NCBI RefSeq assembly: GCF_001194135.2
Contig: NC_069001.1
Coordinates: forward strand, 21,535,008-21,580,938
From: Octopus bimaculoides
Taxonomy: Eukaryota
DNA length: 45,931 bases
Direction: 5' to 3'
Part shown: in pieces, positions 23,077 through 36,590 of the stretch
Numbering within the stretch: the stretch's first letter is position 1
How the letters are laid out: each line of letters opens with the position of its first letter
Made by a program: the position numbers and the translations under genes
Notes under the pieces: model-generated
Databases searched by the model: none
What the model was told of the DNA's origin: nothing
The model's input: the letters and a program-made list of their open reading frames with translations, nothing else

Positions 23077-24094
23077 CATGTACATACATACATACAAACA
23101 TGAGTGTGTGTGTATGTATGTGTCTGTGTACATATATATATGAATATGTATGCAAATATAAGCATGCACAAACCGGTGTATCTCTGCGATTATTTCAACA
23201 GTATTATATCTCTCTTTCCCAATTACTTTTATTTTACAAATCTATCGTGGGAGGCATTTGGTTGGCCTCATTAAACAACGTTGTGGTAACTTAGGTGTAA
23301 ATTGTTACTAAAAGGGAACAAACATATCAGTATCCATTCATAAAGTACTCTTTAGAAAACGTACAGAAATTCCCTACTTGTGTGTGTGTGTTTTCTTACA
23401 TTTTGTTATTACGTTTGATGAATTGTGAAGACTCCGGATGAAAGATTTGAGGGGCTTGAAGATATTTTTACTTTCCATGCTTACCTCACTATAGGTTTGA
23501 ATAGATTGTAGGAAAAGAAATGAATTTAGGCCTGCGGATCTTAAGCGTGATTTGCAGTCAAGCGACGAGTTAAGATCACCTAGCTACAGTTCAGTGTTTG
23601 TCATTGTTCGTGTACTTTTTGGTTTGCCAATGACAATGGTTGTTTGATTACTTGAAGCACATAATGTATCTGTTTAAAGAGTCGTAAAAGCTTGTTGTAA
23701 AATGTCAAAAAGGGATCAGAGTAGTAACTATACCAAGAAGTAAAGTCAATCGCCACATCGGAGTGGCAGTTGAATGTTACTACTAGGTTAACCCCAGGCA
23801 GGTTCTCTGCTAGCCAGTTGTCGATGCCTTTCTGCACCTATTATATACAATATATTTCTAGTAGTATTGTTTTTACACTGATCTCCTCTTGAGATTTTAC
23901 AACCTGCTGTTTTGCGTGTTGCAAATAAGTGACCGATGGTCGCTTTGTTTACAATATATTGTTGGCTGGAAGCGGACTCTGGCTATTGCTTTGAATAGAG
24001 GTTGTAAGCGAAAAGAGGTGGGATGTAAAAATCTTAAAAATTTTGCAGACAAATTACATCACTATTTATACCTAACTACCCATGAATTTGCATT

Positions 24095-24585
24095 TCAATT
24101 ATTTTCGTGAATGCTGATCCTCAGAACTCTTGCGAGCCAACTTCCAACAGTAGCCTGCCATCATATGCAAGTAACATCTGCCTTGATACCTTTATTCTAT
24201 TAGTTTTGTGTCCCGAAGGAAACGTCTTCCCTGCCCGTCACTTATGCCACCAAGATTTTCAAGAAATTTATCACGGTCACTATGGCGATAATGCAGTTTT
24301 ATGCTCATATCTGCTTCCGACTTTTAAAGGTTTCTGTCATGCTGTCGACTACTTCAGCATAGATGTAACAAGAGTTACTCAGAAAGAGTAATTCATGTAT
24401 TATACATGAATTCCATGCCACTGTTTCAATTCAATTCACTGAATTAACAAGCTTCCTATCTTTCATCAATTTTCTGTTCTTAAAGCCCCTAAATGCTTCA
24501 TAATGCACAGCTCAATATGGAGTGGAGGTAGGATGATTTCCTCGTTGAACTAAAGGCTCTTCAACCACATTATAAGACCCTTTGA
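24095..24585 (-). mobile_element. DNA transposase C-terminal fossil, probably Chapaev3-like (CMC superfamily)
   Basis: NVVEEPLV../EIILPPLHIELCIMKH../KLMKDRKLVNS..IETVAWNS..YAEVVDSMTETFKS/DMSIKLHY.HS...FLENLGGISDGQGRRF.RD.K.IE*RYQG....MMAGYCW, matching ILPPLHIKLGLMKQ...SDEQGERFHQD..RYQG..MMADYCW. The family name is from memory. Confidence 0.75.
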
Positions 24586-24769
24586 TCACCCAATATTTTG
24601 CCCTAACTTTGCTCCCCCACAGACATAGAAACACGGATATTTGGTGTATCTACTTTGTTGTCCCTCCCTATCTCTCTGTCTGTCTGTCTGTCTGTCTATT
24701 TGAATATCTACCTCCCAATATATGTAAATATATGTATGTATATGTGTGTGTATGGGTGTCTGGATAGGC

Positions 24770-26400
24770 TAGTACCTTTGATGGGGGAACATGTGGTGCT
24801 CTTCGGAGTATTACATCCACTCCGGTCCCCGTCTGGCATCTAGCTCTCAACTGTTCCTCCTCTAAGCTGTTTGCATGCACCTGCAGTCATACCTTGAGCA
24901 ACGACTTCCACAGGCCGGCTAAACCATGGTAGGCGTAGCCGACAGCTTTCAACCCTCGGTGAGCAAAGACTAATTTACTTATGCATGTGAAAACTGGATC
25001 CGGCAGACTATGCGGAGGAAACCACGAAACTGGTTCAACAAAGATGAAGGCAGACCAGCAAGTAAGTGGCAGGGATGCATAGAACACGTCGAAACAAGAA
25101 AGACAACGCGGCCATACACTGCATCCCGACCTATCTCTAGTCATCTTGACCTCGTCCTGCCAATGAAATCACATCAACCCCGTCCCACCTTCAAGTATTG
25201 TGGAGATGGGCAAATGACAAAGCAGCAGGTATGGATGCAATGGAAGCTGTGGTCACAAACCTACACACAAGTGGACTAGGACATAGGCTAAGCTTCCCAC
25301 TGAACGAAGCAGCAGTGGTGTTCGGCAGTCCCTGTGTATCTGAGGATTACCCTCTCCAGGATGCTCTGTTCATTTCCTTGTCCTGAGAAAGGGGTTAAAA
25401 AAAAGTGGTGCTCTAAACATAACTCACTTCACCTCATTCTGCCCTGCGTACTCTGTCAGGTGGAGATCCCAACTATGCAGCCGAAACAACCAAGACGTAA
25501 ACATCGGCGATATTGCTCCCCATTAGCACATGGAGGGCGAGAACTCTCATGAGCAGCTCCAAAAGAAACATACCTGAGAGACGGATGGCACTTGTTACAA
25601 GAGCGGGAAAAAACCCGCATTAATGCTCTGAGTGAGATCAGGCTTGCAGTCAAAGGTTAGTGACTCAGATGAAAATCGGCTGCACCTTCTGGTGTGGGCG
25701 AAGTAGCGACGAACCTCGTGAAGCAGGAATGGTTTTCGCAATCAAATCTTGTCTGATCAGCAAGCTATCCAGTCTCCCCAGAGGACTGAATGACCGACTG
25801 TGGCCCCACACAGAAGAAACTGGTATGCCACTTTTCTCGGTGGCTACGCCCCTACCAGGACAAACGTTTTATGAAGACTTGGAAGCCTTCATAACAACCG
25901 TACGTAAAGAGGAGAAGCACGTCATACTTGGCGACTTCAACACCAGATTTGGTGCACACTACCTGATATGTGGAGGGGGGGGGGCACTGGAAGAAACGGA
26001 GTTTGCAAGAGCTGCAGCTCTTGCTGCAGCAATGGTCATATAATCCTGAAGACCTGTGCAGCGCATGACCTGCTGATTACCAACACAGCATTTTGCTTGC
26101 AATATAAGACGTCTGTATGAATCCATGCAGCCAGCATTGGCATCTTATTGACTGTCATTCTCAGAAGACAGGACAGGCGGGATATTAGGGTGGCCAATGT
26201 TGGACAGAACACAGACTCACACTCACAAAAGCTCGACATGAACATCCAACCGAGGCAATGACGAGGGAAGCCGGCAAAAATGCGACTGGACAGCAGCAAA
26301 CTGGAATGGCGAATTGTGAGACAATCTCAGCGAAGACCTTAGTAACAAGTTGAGCTGACTCGATATTGGTACAAAGGCAGATGATGAGGACTGGTGGAAG
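24770..26400 (+). mobile_element. RTE-clade LINE: 5' region plus AP-endonuclease domain, RT missing, pseudogenised
   Basis: PERRMALV..ALSEIRLA...CTFWCGRSSDEPREAGMVFAIKS...LPRGLNDRL...FYEDL...VILGDFNTR; then ITNTAFCL...WMH...WHLID.VI.R..DRRDIRV in shifted frames. Confidence 0.88.
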
Positions 26401-26479
26401 AGTCTACACCCAGAAGATAATGACGATCATAACAAGTAGGAAGCGAGTTGTGGTCAAGTATTACAAGTAACGACAAATA

Positions 26480-26613
26480 TAATGAGGATAATGATGATGA
26501 TGGCGATTATGATGATGATGATGATGACGCTGATGATGATAAGATGATGATGATGATTTAGGTGATGATGATGATGATTATGGTCGTGATGATGATGAGA
26601 ATTGTTGTTGGTG

Positions 26614-26688
<75 letters not shown>
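26480..26688. repeat. (GAT)n followed by (TTA)n at 26615-26688
   Basis: Direct reading; the (TTA)n run is the 3' tail of copy 5. Confidence 0.97.
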
Positions 26689-28705
26689 GCTTTGCACAGC
26701 TTCTAATGCTGAAGATGTACTACAGTGTCGGCTGTTCACTACCAGGAAACTAAGGTAACACTCCTTATTTTTCGAGCACCTTCTGGAGTATTCGAGCGAT
26801 TCCAAGCAGTGCTGTTTTCTGCATGTACTCCACCCTTATTGCATCCCCTATTTGTTCCACGTACTTTGCTCACAGTTTCCAGGTCTCCAACAATTATTGG
26901 TACTACTACCACCTTTTTCATCGACCACAACTGCTTAACCTCCCAAGCTAACCTGTCATATCTCTCGACTTTTCTTTCTTCCTTATCGCATACCTTCTTG
27001 TCAGCTGGGCATGCTATATCTATGATCCAGAATAGTTTGCTTTCTTTCTCAATTAAGACTGACTTCCTATTCTTTATCTTATGGTCACACTGAATCATAA
27101 CGTCCCATAGGATCTTTGCATTGTCATTTTCGACGATGCCTTCAGGTTTATGGTCGTACCAATTTTTTGCTCAGTCAAGTCCATACTTGTTGTAGAGTAT
27201 CCAATGGACAAGCTTGGCTATATTGTCGTGGCGTCTCTTATATTCCTTCTGAGCTAGTGGCGTACATTGGCGGGTAATATACCATACGGCTTCACCGTTT
27301 TGTCCACAGATTCTGCACTTATCACTTTCTGCTGTGTTGTCTAATCTGTATTTTATGTAGTTTGTTCTTAGTGCTTGCTCTTGGGCAGCACAGATTAGAG
27401 CCTCCATTTCCATAGCCATCTTTTTTTCTCTGTCTGTCTTATCTTCAAAACCCGTATGAAATTGACCATGCATTCTTTTCTTTACCCACCTATTTTCAAT
27501 TTCATTCGTTTTCAAATATCTTGTATAGTGCTTTATCTTTGAAATCTTTCATCCTACACAAACCTGACCGTCCTACTTCTAACAATAGCGGTTCTGTGGC
27601 ATTTTTTACATACCATGCTATGTTGTTTTCTTCTGATCTAACGCTGAGTTCGCATCCAATAAGTCCTATTCCCCCTCTTTTTCTTGGTACACAGTCTGTC
27701 TGTGTCACTTTTTGGGTGGAGTGGCCTATATCTAGTTAGCAACTTCCTTGTCTTTCTGTCTAAGCTATTTAGTTCGTCTACTTTCCATGCGATTACCCCT
27801 GCTCCATATCTAAGGAGTGAAATCGCCCAGGTGTTGATAGCTTCCATCTTATTCCGTCCATTTAATTTCGACTTAAGGATCAGTCTCAGTCTGCACAAGT
27901 ACTCCACCTTAAATTTTTCTGTCATTTCTTTCTCCATCAATTTATCCATTTCTGAAATCCCCAAGTACTTATAGCCCGTCTCTTCTATCTGTTTCATAAC
28001 TTCCCCCGACGGTATCGTTAGCCCGTCCATACATTTGATTGTGCCTCTCTTCAAGACTAAAATGCCACACTTTCTCCGTCCGATCTCCATTCTGATATCA
28101 GCACTGAAAGTATATACCGTATCAACGAGGGAACTGACTTGGGCTTCATCTTTACCATAAAGTTTGAATTCATGCATGAATAACAAATGGTTCACTTTTT
28201 GTTGGCGGCTTTTGAATACATACCAAGCCTTGGCTTTCCTCAGAATCAGTGTTAGTGGTATCAAGCGCAGTACAAAGATCAGTGGAGACAGGCAGTCCCC
28301 TTGGAAGATGCCCCTCCTAAGTTTTACTGTCCCTAAACTTCTTCCGTAAGCTGTCAGGTCCGTCCTCCAATTCGCCATACTTTTCCAAGCAATCGCTCAA
28401 CATTCGATGCAATATCAAATAGGTTCATGAACTCCATAAACCAAGAATGTGGGAGCATATCGTACGCCTTACGACAGTCGATCCATTACATGGCTAAGTT
28501 AGTTTTCCTTCCCTTGCAGTCTCTAAGTACAGTTCTGTCTATCAAGAGTTAATCCTTAGTACCTCTGTACTTACGCTTGCAACCCTACTGCTCATGTGGC
28601 AGGACGCCATTTTTTCCAGATATTTGTACATTGACTCCGCAAGTATTCCAGTCAATAACTTCCACATAAGTGGAAAAGATGATATCGTCCTGTAATTGTC
28701 TACCG
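26689..28705 (-). mobile_element. R4/Dong-like LINE, 5'-truncated, same subfamily as copy 2 (copy 5)
   Basis: ORFs 27638-28378, 27171-27515 and 26739-27098: RRGIFQGDCLSPL, LLFMHEFKLY (YMDD mutated), YKYLG, CRICGQ, RHDNIAKLVHW, IIDIACPADK; 6-nt deletion removes the RLE PD. Confidence 0.95.
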
Positions 28706-28714
28706 TATGTTATA

Positions 28715-28736
28715 TATTATTATTATTATTATTATA

Positions 28737-28784
<48 letters not shown>

Positions 28785-28807
28785 GTCATCATCATCATCA
28801 TCATCAA

Positions 28808-28870
<63 letters not shown>

Positions 28871-28877
28871 TATTATT
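28715..28877. repeat. (TTA)n plus (CAT)n compound microsatellite linking copies 5 and 6
   Basis: Direct reading. Confidence 0.98.
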
Positions 28878-29446
28878 CAGTATTCTTATTTCACTTCACT
28901 GCACTACTGAACGCAGCTCTGTGTGCCTTGGGTATCTGCAGTGGTTTGTTGTGATGCTTTTATTTTTAATGTATTGAACATTTTTATATGTAGGATGCGT
29001 TCAGTGCATTGTAGTGCTATTTTCTGTATGTTATGTATACTTCTAAGACCTAGTGTTTTTGTTATGTATTTGTCTGAATGTTCTTTCATCGTACCTAATG
29101 CACCAACTATAATAGAAATTGTTTCTGTTTTTAGGCTCCACATTTCAGTTACCTCTATTTCCAGATTTTTGTATTTTGAAAGTTTCTCCGCTTCTTTCAA
29201 AGAAACACTGTCATCTTTTGGTAGTGATACATCAATTAGAAAGCATTGTTTTTTCTTGGTGATCTCTGACAACTATGTCTGGCTTATTTGCCTTGATTTC
29301 CTATCTGTGTGTATTCGCATATCCCAAAGTATAGTTGCTTTCTCATTTTGTGTGACCTCTTCTAGTGTTTGCCTATAAAATCATTTTTCTTTTGTTATTC
29401 CATAGTGTTTGCATAGCTTCCAGTGTATATAGGTCCCAACTCTGTC
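28878..29446 (-). mobile_element. R4/Dong-like LINE 3' fragment, different subfamily (copy 6)
   Basis: RVGTYIHWKLCKHY...ATILWDMRIHTDR...CFLIDVSLPKD..VSLKEAEKLSKYKNLEIE...W.LKTETISIIVGALG..IQKIAL. Confidence 0.92.
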
Positions 29447-31208
<1,762 letters not shown>

Positions 31209-31209
31209 A

Positions 31210-31412
31210 ATTACGGAGGTGTACTTGCATAGCAAACGACCTGATCTGAGATCGTGTGCTGGAACGAAAACAATTGCAGCGTGGAAGGTGTTTATAAGCT
31301 ATTTAAGAAACACACAAAAACCGTTAGATTCACTTCAACATTTAAATTTAATTTGCGAAAACAATTTCGTCGCTTTGAGACTGCGCCCTGTTCACTGACA
31401 AAATTCCGTGCT
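31210..31412 (-). mobile_element. Short interspersed repeat with a hammerhead-like motif carrying a G3-C8 variant core (family D)
   Basis: Minus strand ttttgtca GTGAACA g ggcgc agtctcaaa gcgac GAAA ttgttt tcgcaaa at 31352-31402. Confidence 0.4.
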
Positions 31413-31444
31413 TATTGTAATTATAATTATAATTATAATTATTA

Positions 31445-31632
31445 AGGCAGCGAGCCGGCAGTGTCGTCATCCCCCTGAGCAAATGCTTAGCGGTATTTCA
31501 CCCGTCGCTAGGTCGACTTTGCCTTTCATCCTTTCGACGTCGATAAAAATGAGTACCAGTTGAACTCTGGGGTCGATGTAATCAAATCATCCTCTCCCCC
31601 AAAATTGCTACCCTTTTGAAAAAATTTGAAAC

Positions 31633-31633
<1 letters not shown>
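31445..31633 (+). mobile_element. SINE family 2
   Basis: ggcagcgagccggcag...aaatgcttagcggtatttc...gtcgactttgcctttcatcc...aaatttgaaacc plus (ATT)n. Confidence 0.88.
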
Positions 31634-31692
<59 letters not shown>

Positions 31693-31700
31693 TATTATTA
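31634..31700. repeat. (TTA)n microsatellite between SINEs
   Basis: Direct reading. Confidence 0.98.
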
Positions 31701-31895
31701 AGGCGGAGAGGTGTTAGAATCGTTAGCACTATGGACAAAATTCTTAGCGCCATTTCATCCATTTTACGTTCAAACTCTACCGAGGTCGACGTTGCCTTTC
31801 GTACCTCGGGATCGATAAAATAGGTACCAATTGAGCACTGGGATCGATGTAATCAACTTACACAGCTCGTAGAATTGCTGGCTTTGTACCAAAAT
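31701..31895 (+). mobile_element. SINE family 2
   Basis: ggcggagaggtgttagaatcgttagc...cttagcgccatttc...ttcaaactctaccgaggtcgacgttgcctttc. Confidence 0.88.
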
Positions 31896-31921
31896 GAGAA
31901 AAGATGAGGAAGATTTATTGA

Positions 31922-32120
31922 TGTGGCGGACTAGCAAAACCGCGCCGGAAACATTTCTAAGCAGCGTTTCTTCCCACTTTACATTCTGAGTTCAAATGCC
32001 GCCGATCTCGACTTTGCCTTCCATCCTTCCATAAAATAAGTACCAATTGAACACTATGGTCGACGTAATAGACTGAACCAGTCCACCTAAATTGCTGGCA
32101 TTGTTCCAAAATTTGAAATC
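31922..32120 (+). mobile_element. SINE family 2
   Basis: ggcggactagcaaaaccg...ttctgagttcaaatgccgccgatctcgactttgccttccatcc...aaatttgaaatc plus (CAT)n. Confidence 0.85.
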
Positions 32121-34139
32121 ATCATCATCATCATCACCACCGTTGTAGTTGTTAAAATAATTACAGTTAACACTATTAACAACAGCATTTCCATCATCCC
32201 CTTCACCATCTTCATCATCATCATTATCATCGCCTCTTTATCATCATAAATTTCATCCTGACATTGGTTGTTGTATTAACGACGAACATTCTGTAACTAC
32301 TTAACAAAAATCAACATAAATTACAAACGAATAAGTAAACGCAGAAAAGAGGACAAGAATCCAGAAGCAATGCGCTAGATTTATCGAGGATCTGAGAAGG
32401 CAAAAGGAATGAATGGTTAAAAGAAGTCGTGTAAAAAAATACGTCTTTTTATGTTCAATGAAGTGAACAGTGTGAAAGAATCTACAAAAAATATATTGCT
32501 TTGTTGCTGACGCTTTTGTGATAGATTTCTTTCATTGTTGATATTATTGATATTTCTTATTTTCTTTGTTATTGAGAATGGCCTTGGATGGCGATCACTT
32601 TTTCTTCGTTTTCTGTACAAAATGAAACAAGAATAATATCGCTTTCATCTTTTTACTTCTGTAAGTTTTGAACGTAACGAGAATATGTTTAGGAATAGCG
32701 GTGAATTTTTAGGAATCATCCTATATTTCAAAAGGCAGGAAACGATGAATGAATCTGGATATTTTGAGTTTGTTTAACCAGAAATAGGCTTATCTGAGTC
32801 GTCAAAGTAACCATGATATTTTGAGACAAATAACAAAGAATAATATTGACATGAAAATATAAAAGACGAGCAAACTATAAAATTTCTGGAAATGCCTGAC
32901 TGAGTTTCAAAGTTAAAGCTGTTATCTTGATGCATTCACGAAACCAATACACTTTTTAAAACATTGCTTTCTTTTTATAAAGTCTCTTATGTTTTCGTGA
33001 TGTTTTTCTGGTGTTCATATTATTCATCATTTCCTTTCATGGCTGTAGCATTGGGAAAAAGTTAGAAATCATTATTATTAAAAAAAGTTACAAGCCGCCA
33101 AGGAATACGGAAAATGGTTGGTTTTTAGAAGTTATGTAAAACTTCTTTTCATTATTAAGATTATACAATGTGAAATGCAGTGGTTTGCGGGTAGGGGAGA
33201 ACGCTGACTCATTCTATCAGTATCTCACTATATCAAGTTATTCGTAATTCTGATTTCCAGCACCGCTAGCGTCAACACTATTTCTTTTTATTACTGGAGA
33301 TGACAAGTTCATAAACAAGTTGTTCCGTAAAGATTATATAAAGGAAGGTGATTAATGAATTATGAATAACATTTGGGAAACTAAAACTCCCATTGTCTTC
33401 CCGACACACACACACATTTGACGGGCTCTCCCGTAGAAGACGACGCATGAGGATTCTGCGAGAAGACGAAAAAAAAAAACTCCAGCCAAATCGACAATGA
33501 GCAACATACTCACATTACAATTATCAGAATTCACCACTGTTTACAATTTATCCACTTCACCTGGTGACTCCTCATGTCAGTCCTCTGGCCACCAAAAGCA
33601 ATATGGATATAAGCATGACTTATTAAACCCGCACATGATCTAGCTGAGAAATGACAATGTGGTAAAGGATAGACCAATGGCTACATTGAAGTTGCTAGCA
33701 AATCGGAAAAAAAACATGTGTTTAGACAAGGCTCAGGGGAGTATTTTTTTTTTCTGGAGACTATTATTGAAACATTTGGTCTGATCAGACTGATTAGAAT
33801 TGAACGTTTTAAGCATGACTTCACAGAATAATATTAGAACGAAATCCGTATAGTACACTATTAATTATTTAATTCCAGCTAGACGATTCCATTCGCATTT
33901 CAACAGACAATTCATCTGCTGCTTTTGTAAGTATAACATCATATTTACTGGGCTGTGGACGATCGAGTTCGTTTCCGTAGCTGATGAAACGAAACGAAGA
34001 TTAAAGGCATGTATGCTACAATCTAAAGATGTTATCCACTCCCTAAATAATATGTGTTCACACAGGCCTTGGTGAAGAATTTACTTCTGGAAATTATTCT
34101 TGGCAGCATTAACTGGCAATGTATACATTTATGTGCGTA

Positions 34140-34169
<30 letters not shown>

Positions 34170-34176
<7 letters not shown>

Positions 34177-34315
34177 CACTACCGCTGGGTAAATAGATTT
34201 GCTATGATTATGTCCCCGTAACCTAGTGGTTCGGTAAAAGAGTTCGATAGAATTAGTACCAGGCTTAAAAGAACATAAGTACTGGAGTCTATTCACTCGA
34301 TTCCTTGGCCTAGAA
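34170..34315 (+). mobile_element. SINE family 1 tail after (GT)n
   Basis: gtccccgtaacctagtggttcggtaaaagagttcgatagaattagtaccaggctt. Confidence 0.8.
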
Positions 34316-34464
34316 TGATGGTTTAAGGACCAAAGGTTCCATGCATTTGCACTTTTCAAACTTGTTTCAAATCAAGTGGTTTAATTCTAAAATGAGAAAA
34401 CTCAGTTTATTCAACATAACTAAAACCGGGTAGAAGCAACAAAAATGAATCAGAAGTTGAAGTA

Positions 34465-34555
34465 ACGGCCTTCCTCCAGGATTCGAAACCCTAACTTCAA
34501 ACTACTGTGAAATTACACTTCACACATTTTCAACACTATTCGCTAAAGTCACCTT
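34465..34555 (-). mobile_element. Degenerate tRNA-derived SINE head
   Basis: Minus strand tagcgaatagtg (A-like) ... gtttcgaatcctgg (B-like). Confidence 0.3.
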
Positions 34556-35177
34556 AGACTTAGCTAATTAGATTTTTCCTGCTCAAAACCGAGTCTTGAG
34601 AACAAAAAAGAAATAACCATTCAGCAGACTGAGACAACTGGCATCAGGTGACAAGCAGACGAAAACAGGTTACGTCATTGTGTTCATAGCCAATCAGAAT
34701 TTGCAAATATGTCATAAAATCCTAAATACAGAGAGCAATTTCAACTTGAAACAGTTCAAGTTTTCACCAGTAAATTCCAACGACGAAGAATTGTTTGGTC
34801 TATATTTATCTTACTCTTTTAAAACTTCACCGTATCTAATTGTTAATATTATTGCTTTTATAATTACTGGACATTCTATCACGTATGATTGTTAGGAAGG
34901 TCATAGAACATTTGAACTTTCAGTATTTTCTATCACTAGGAAATTTACTGAATATTGGAATTTGTTTGAAAATTTAATTTTTTTAAAACATGCCTTATCG
35001 GATCTTTTTTTGCACCTTCAATCGCTCTTAAACTTCCTTTATTTACTTACAATGATAAAAAAAAAATAATAAATGGTATCGCATCTTAATAAATTTGTTA
35101 AAAGAAAATTTAAAACTTCAATTTATTTTAAGACTTAGGCGCACTTTCAACTCCCAAAACAACTCTCATATTATATA

Positions 35178-35324
35178 NNNNNNNNNNNNNNNNNNNNNNN
35201 NNNNNNNNNNNNNNNNNNNNNNNNNNNNNNNNNNNNNNNNNNNNNNNNNNNNNNNNNNNNNNNNNNNNNNNNNNNNNNNNNNNNNNNNNNNNNNNNNNNN
35301 NNNNNNNNNNNNNNNNNNNNNNNN
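35178..35324. other. Assembly gap (N run)
   Basis: Direct reading. Confidence 1.
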
Positions 35325-36164
35325 TATATATATATATATATATATTATTTGTTGACTTCGGAATTGACTGAAGATAGTGATGCCTTAAAAGAAATCAAAC
35401 AAAAAGTGCTACCCATCCTTGACATTAGCTGAATGAATTGCAAACTGTCCACCACCACCACCATACACACCTCCATTCCAATATAACTATCATTCCTTCC
35501 TCTCTTTCCATCACCTTGCTCTCCTCTCCACCAAATACACACAGAAATACCCGCATAACTCGCTTAACCCTCATGCTGGTAAAAAGGGATAAACTTCCCT
35601 CTGTTGTACATCCATTAATGTTATGTCGCCAAAAAAAATGAATCCATGAAAATGATTAACCCGATGCGCTTGGATACATATATGTGTGTGTGACATCAGA
35701 GTTCACATAATATTGATGATAAACAGTGACAACACTGTTTCTGTTATCCTCGTTTAGAATATATTATACACATGTGTTATTTACGAGAATCTTCCGCGAC
35801 ATCTTCCGGAAACCTTTCTGGAAGCGTGATATATAGTTCTAAAATTAGTTCAACGCAGGTTTGTATTTTTATATGTGAGCAAGTGTATGTTTATGCTAGT
35901 ATATGTTTATGAGAGTGTGTATACATGATTGTGCCTGTGTTTGTACGTTATCGTGAAGGCATGTCTTTGGGATGGTATTAAACCCAATGAATAGAAACAT
36001 GATTTATAAAGAACAATACAGTTATTACTGACAGTCGCTTTCCAAATTGCACCTTCATGCATTCTCTTTGTCTCTCTCGTGTTGACTTGTGTTGTGGCTA
36101 CAGATGTTTCCCTTGATATTCGTTTTGACATTTGAATACACCTAGGATCTGTTTCTCTCTTTTC

Positions 36165-36590
36165 TTTTATTTCTAACTTGTTTCACCCTTTAGACTGAGG
36201 CCATTCTGGAGCACTGCCTAAAATAATTATTTTGTCTAATGTATCGACCTCAGTACTCTTTCTTTTTAACACCTTATTCTATCGGTTTTACTTATTTTAT
36301 TTTTTTTTTTGCTGAACCGCTAGGTTACGGGGATCTAAAACGCCCAAGCACCAGTTGTTAAGCGGTGTGTGTGTGTGAAAAAACACAGACACAAAACAAT
36401 ACAGATAGATAAACATGTACATAAATGCGACGGGTTTTTCTCAGCTTCCGTCTACCAATCCACTCACCAGATTTTGGTCGGCCCATGGCTGTAGCAGAAT
36501 ACACTTGTCCAAGGTACCATACACTAAGACTGAACCCGGAACCATGTGGTTGGAAAGCAAACTTCCTACTACACCTCCACGCCTGCACCT
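36165..36590 (-). mobile_element. SINE family 1, full length
   Basis: tRNA-like head (gtggaggtgtagtagg...ggttccgggttcagtc), core, AC/AT-rich middle and tail ending gaaacaagttagaaataaaag. Confidence 0.9.

Noticed and set aside
33965-34000. CTGATGA aac GAAAC as a hammerhead
   Set aside because: There is no room for stem II and no stem I pairing.
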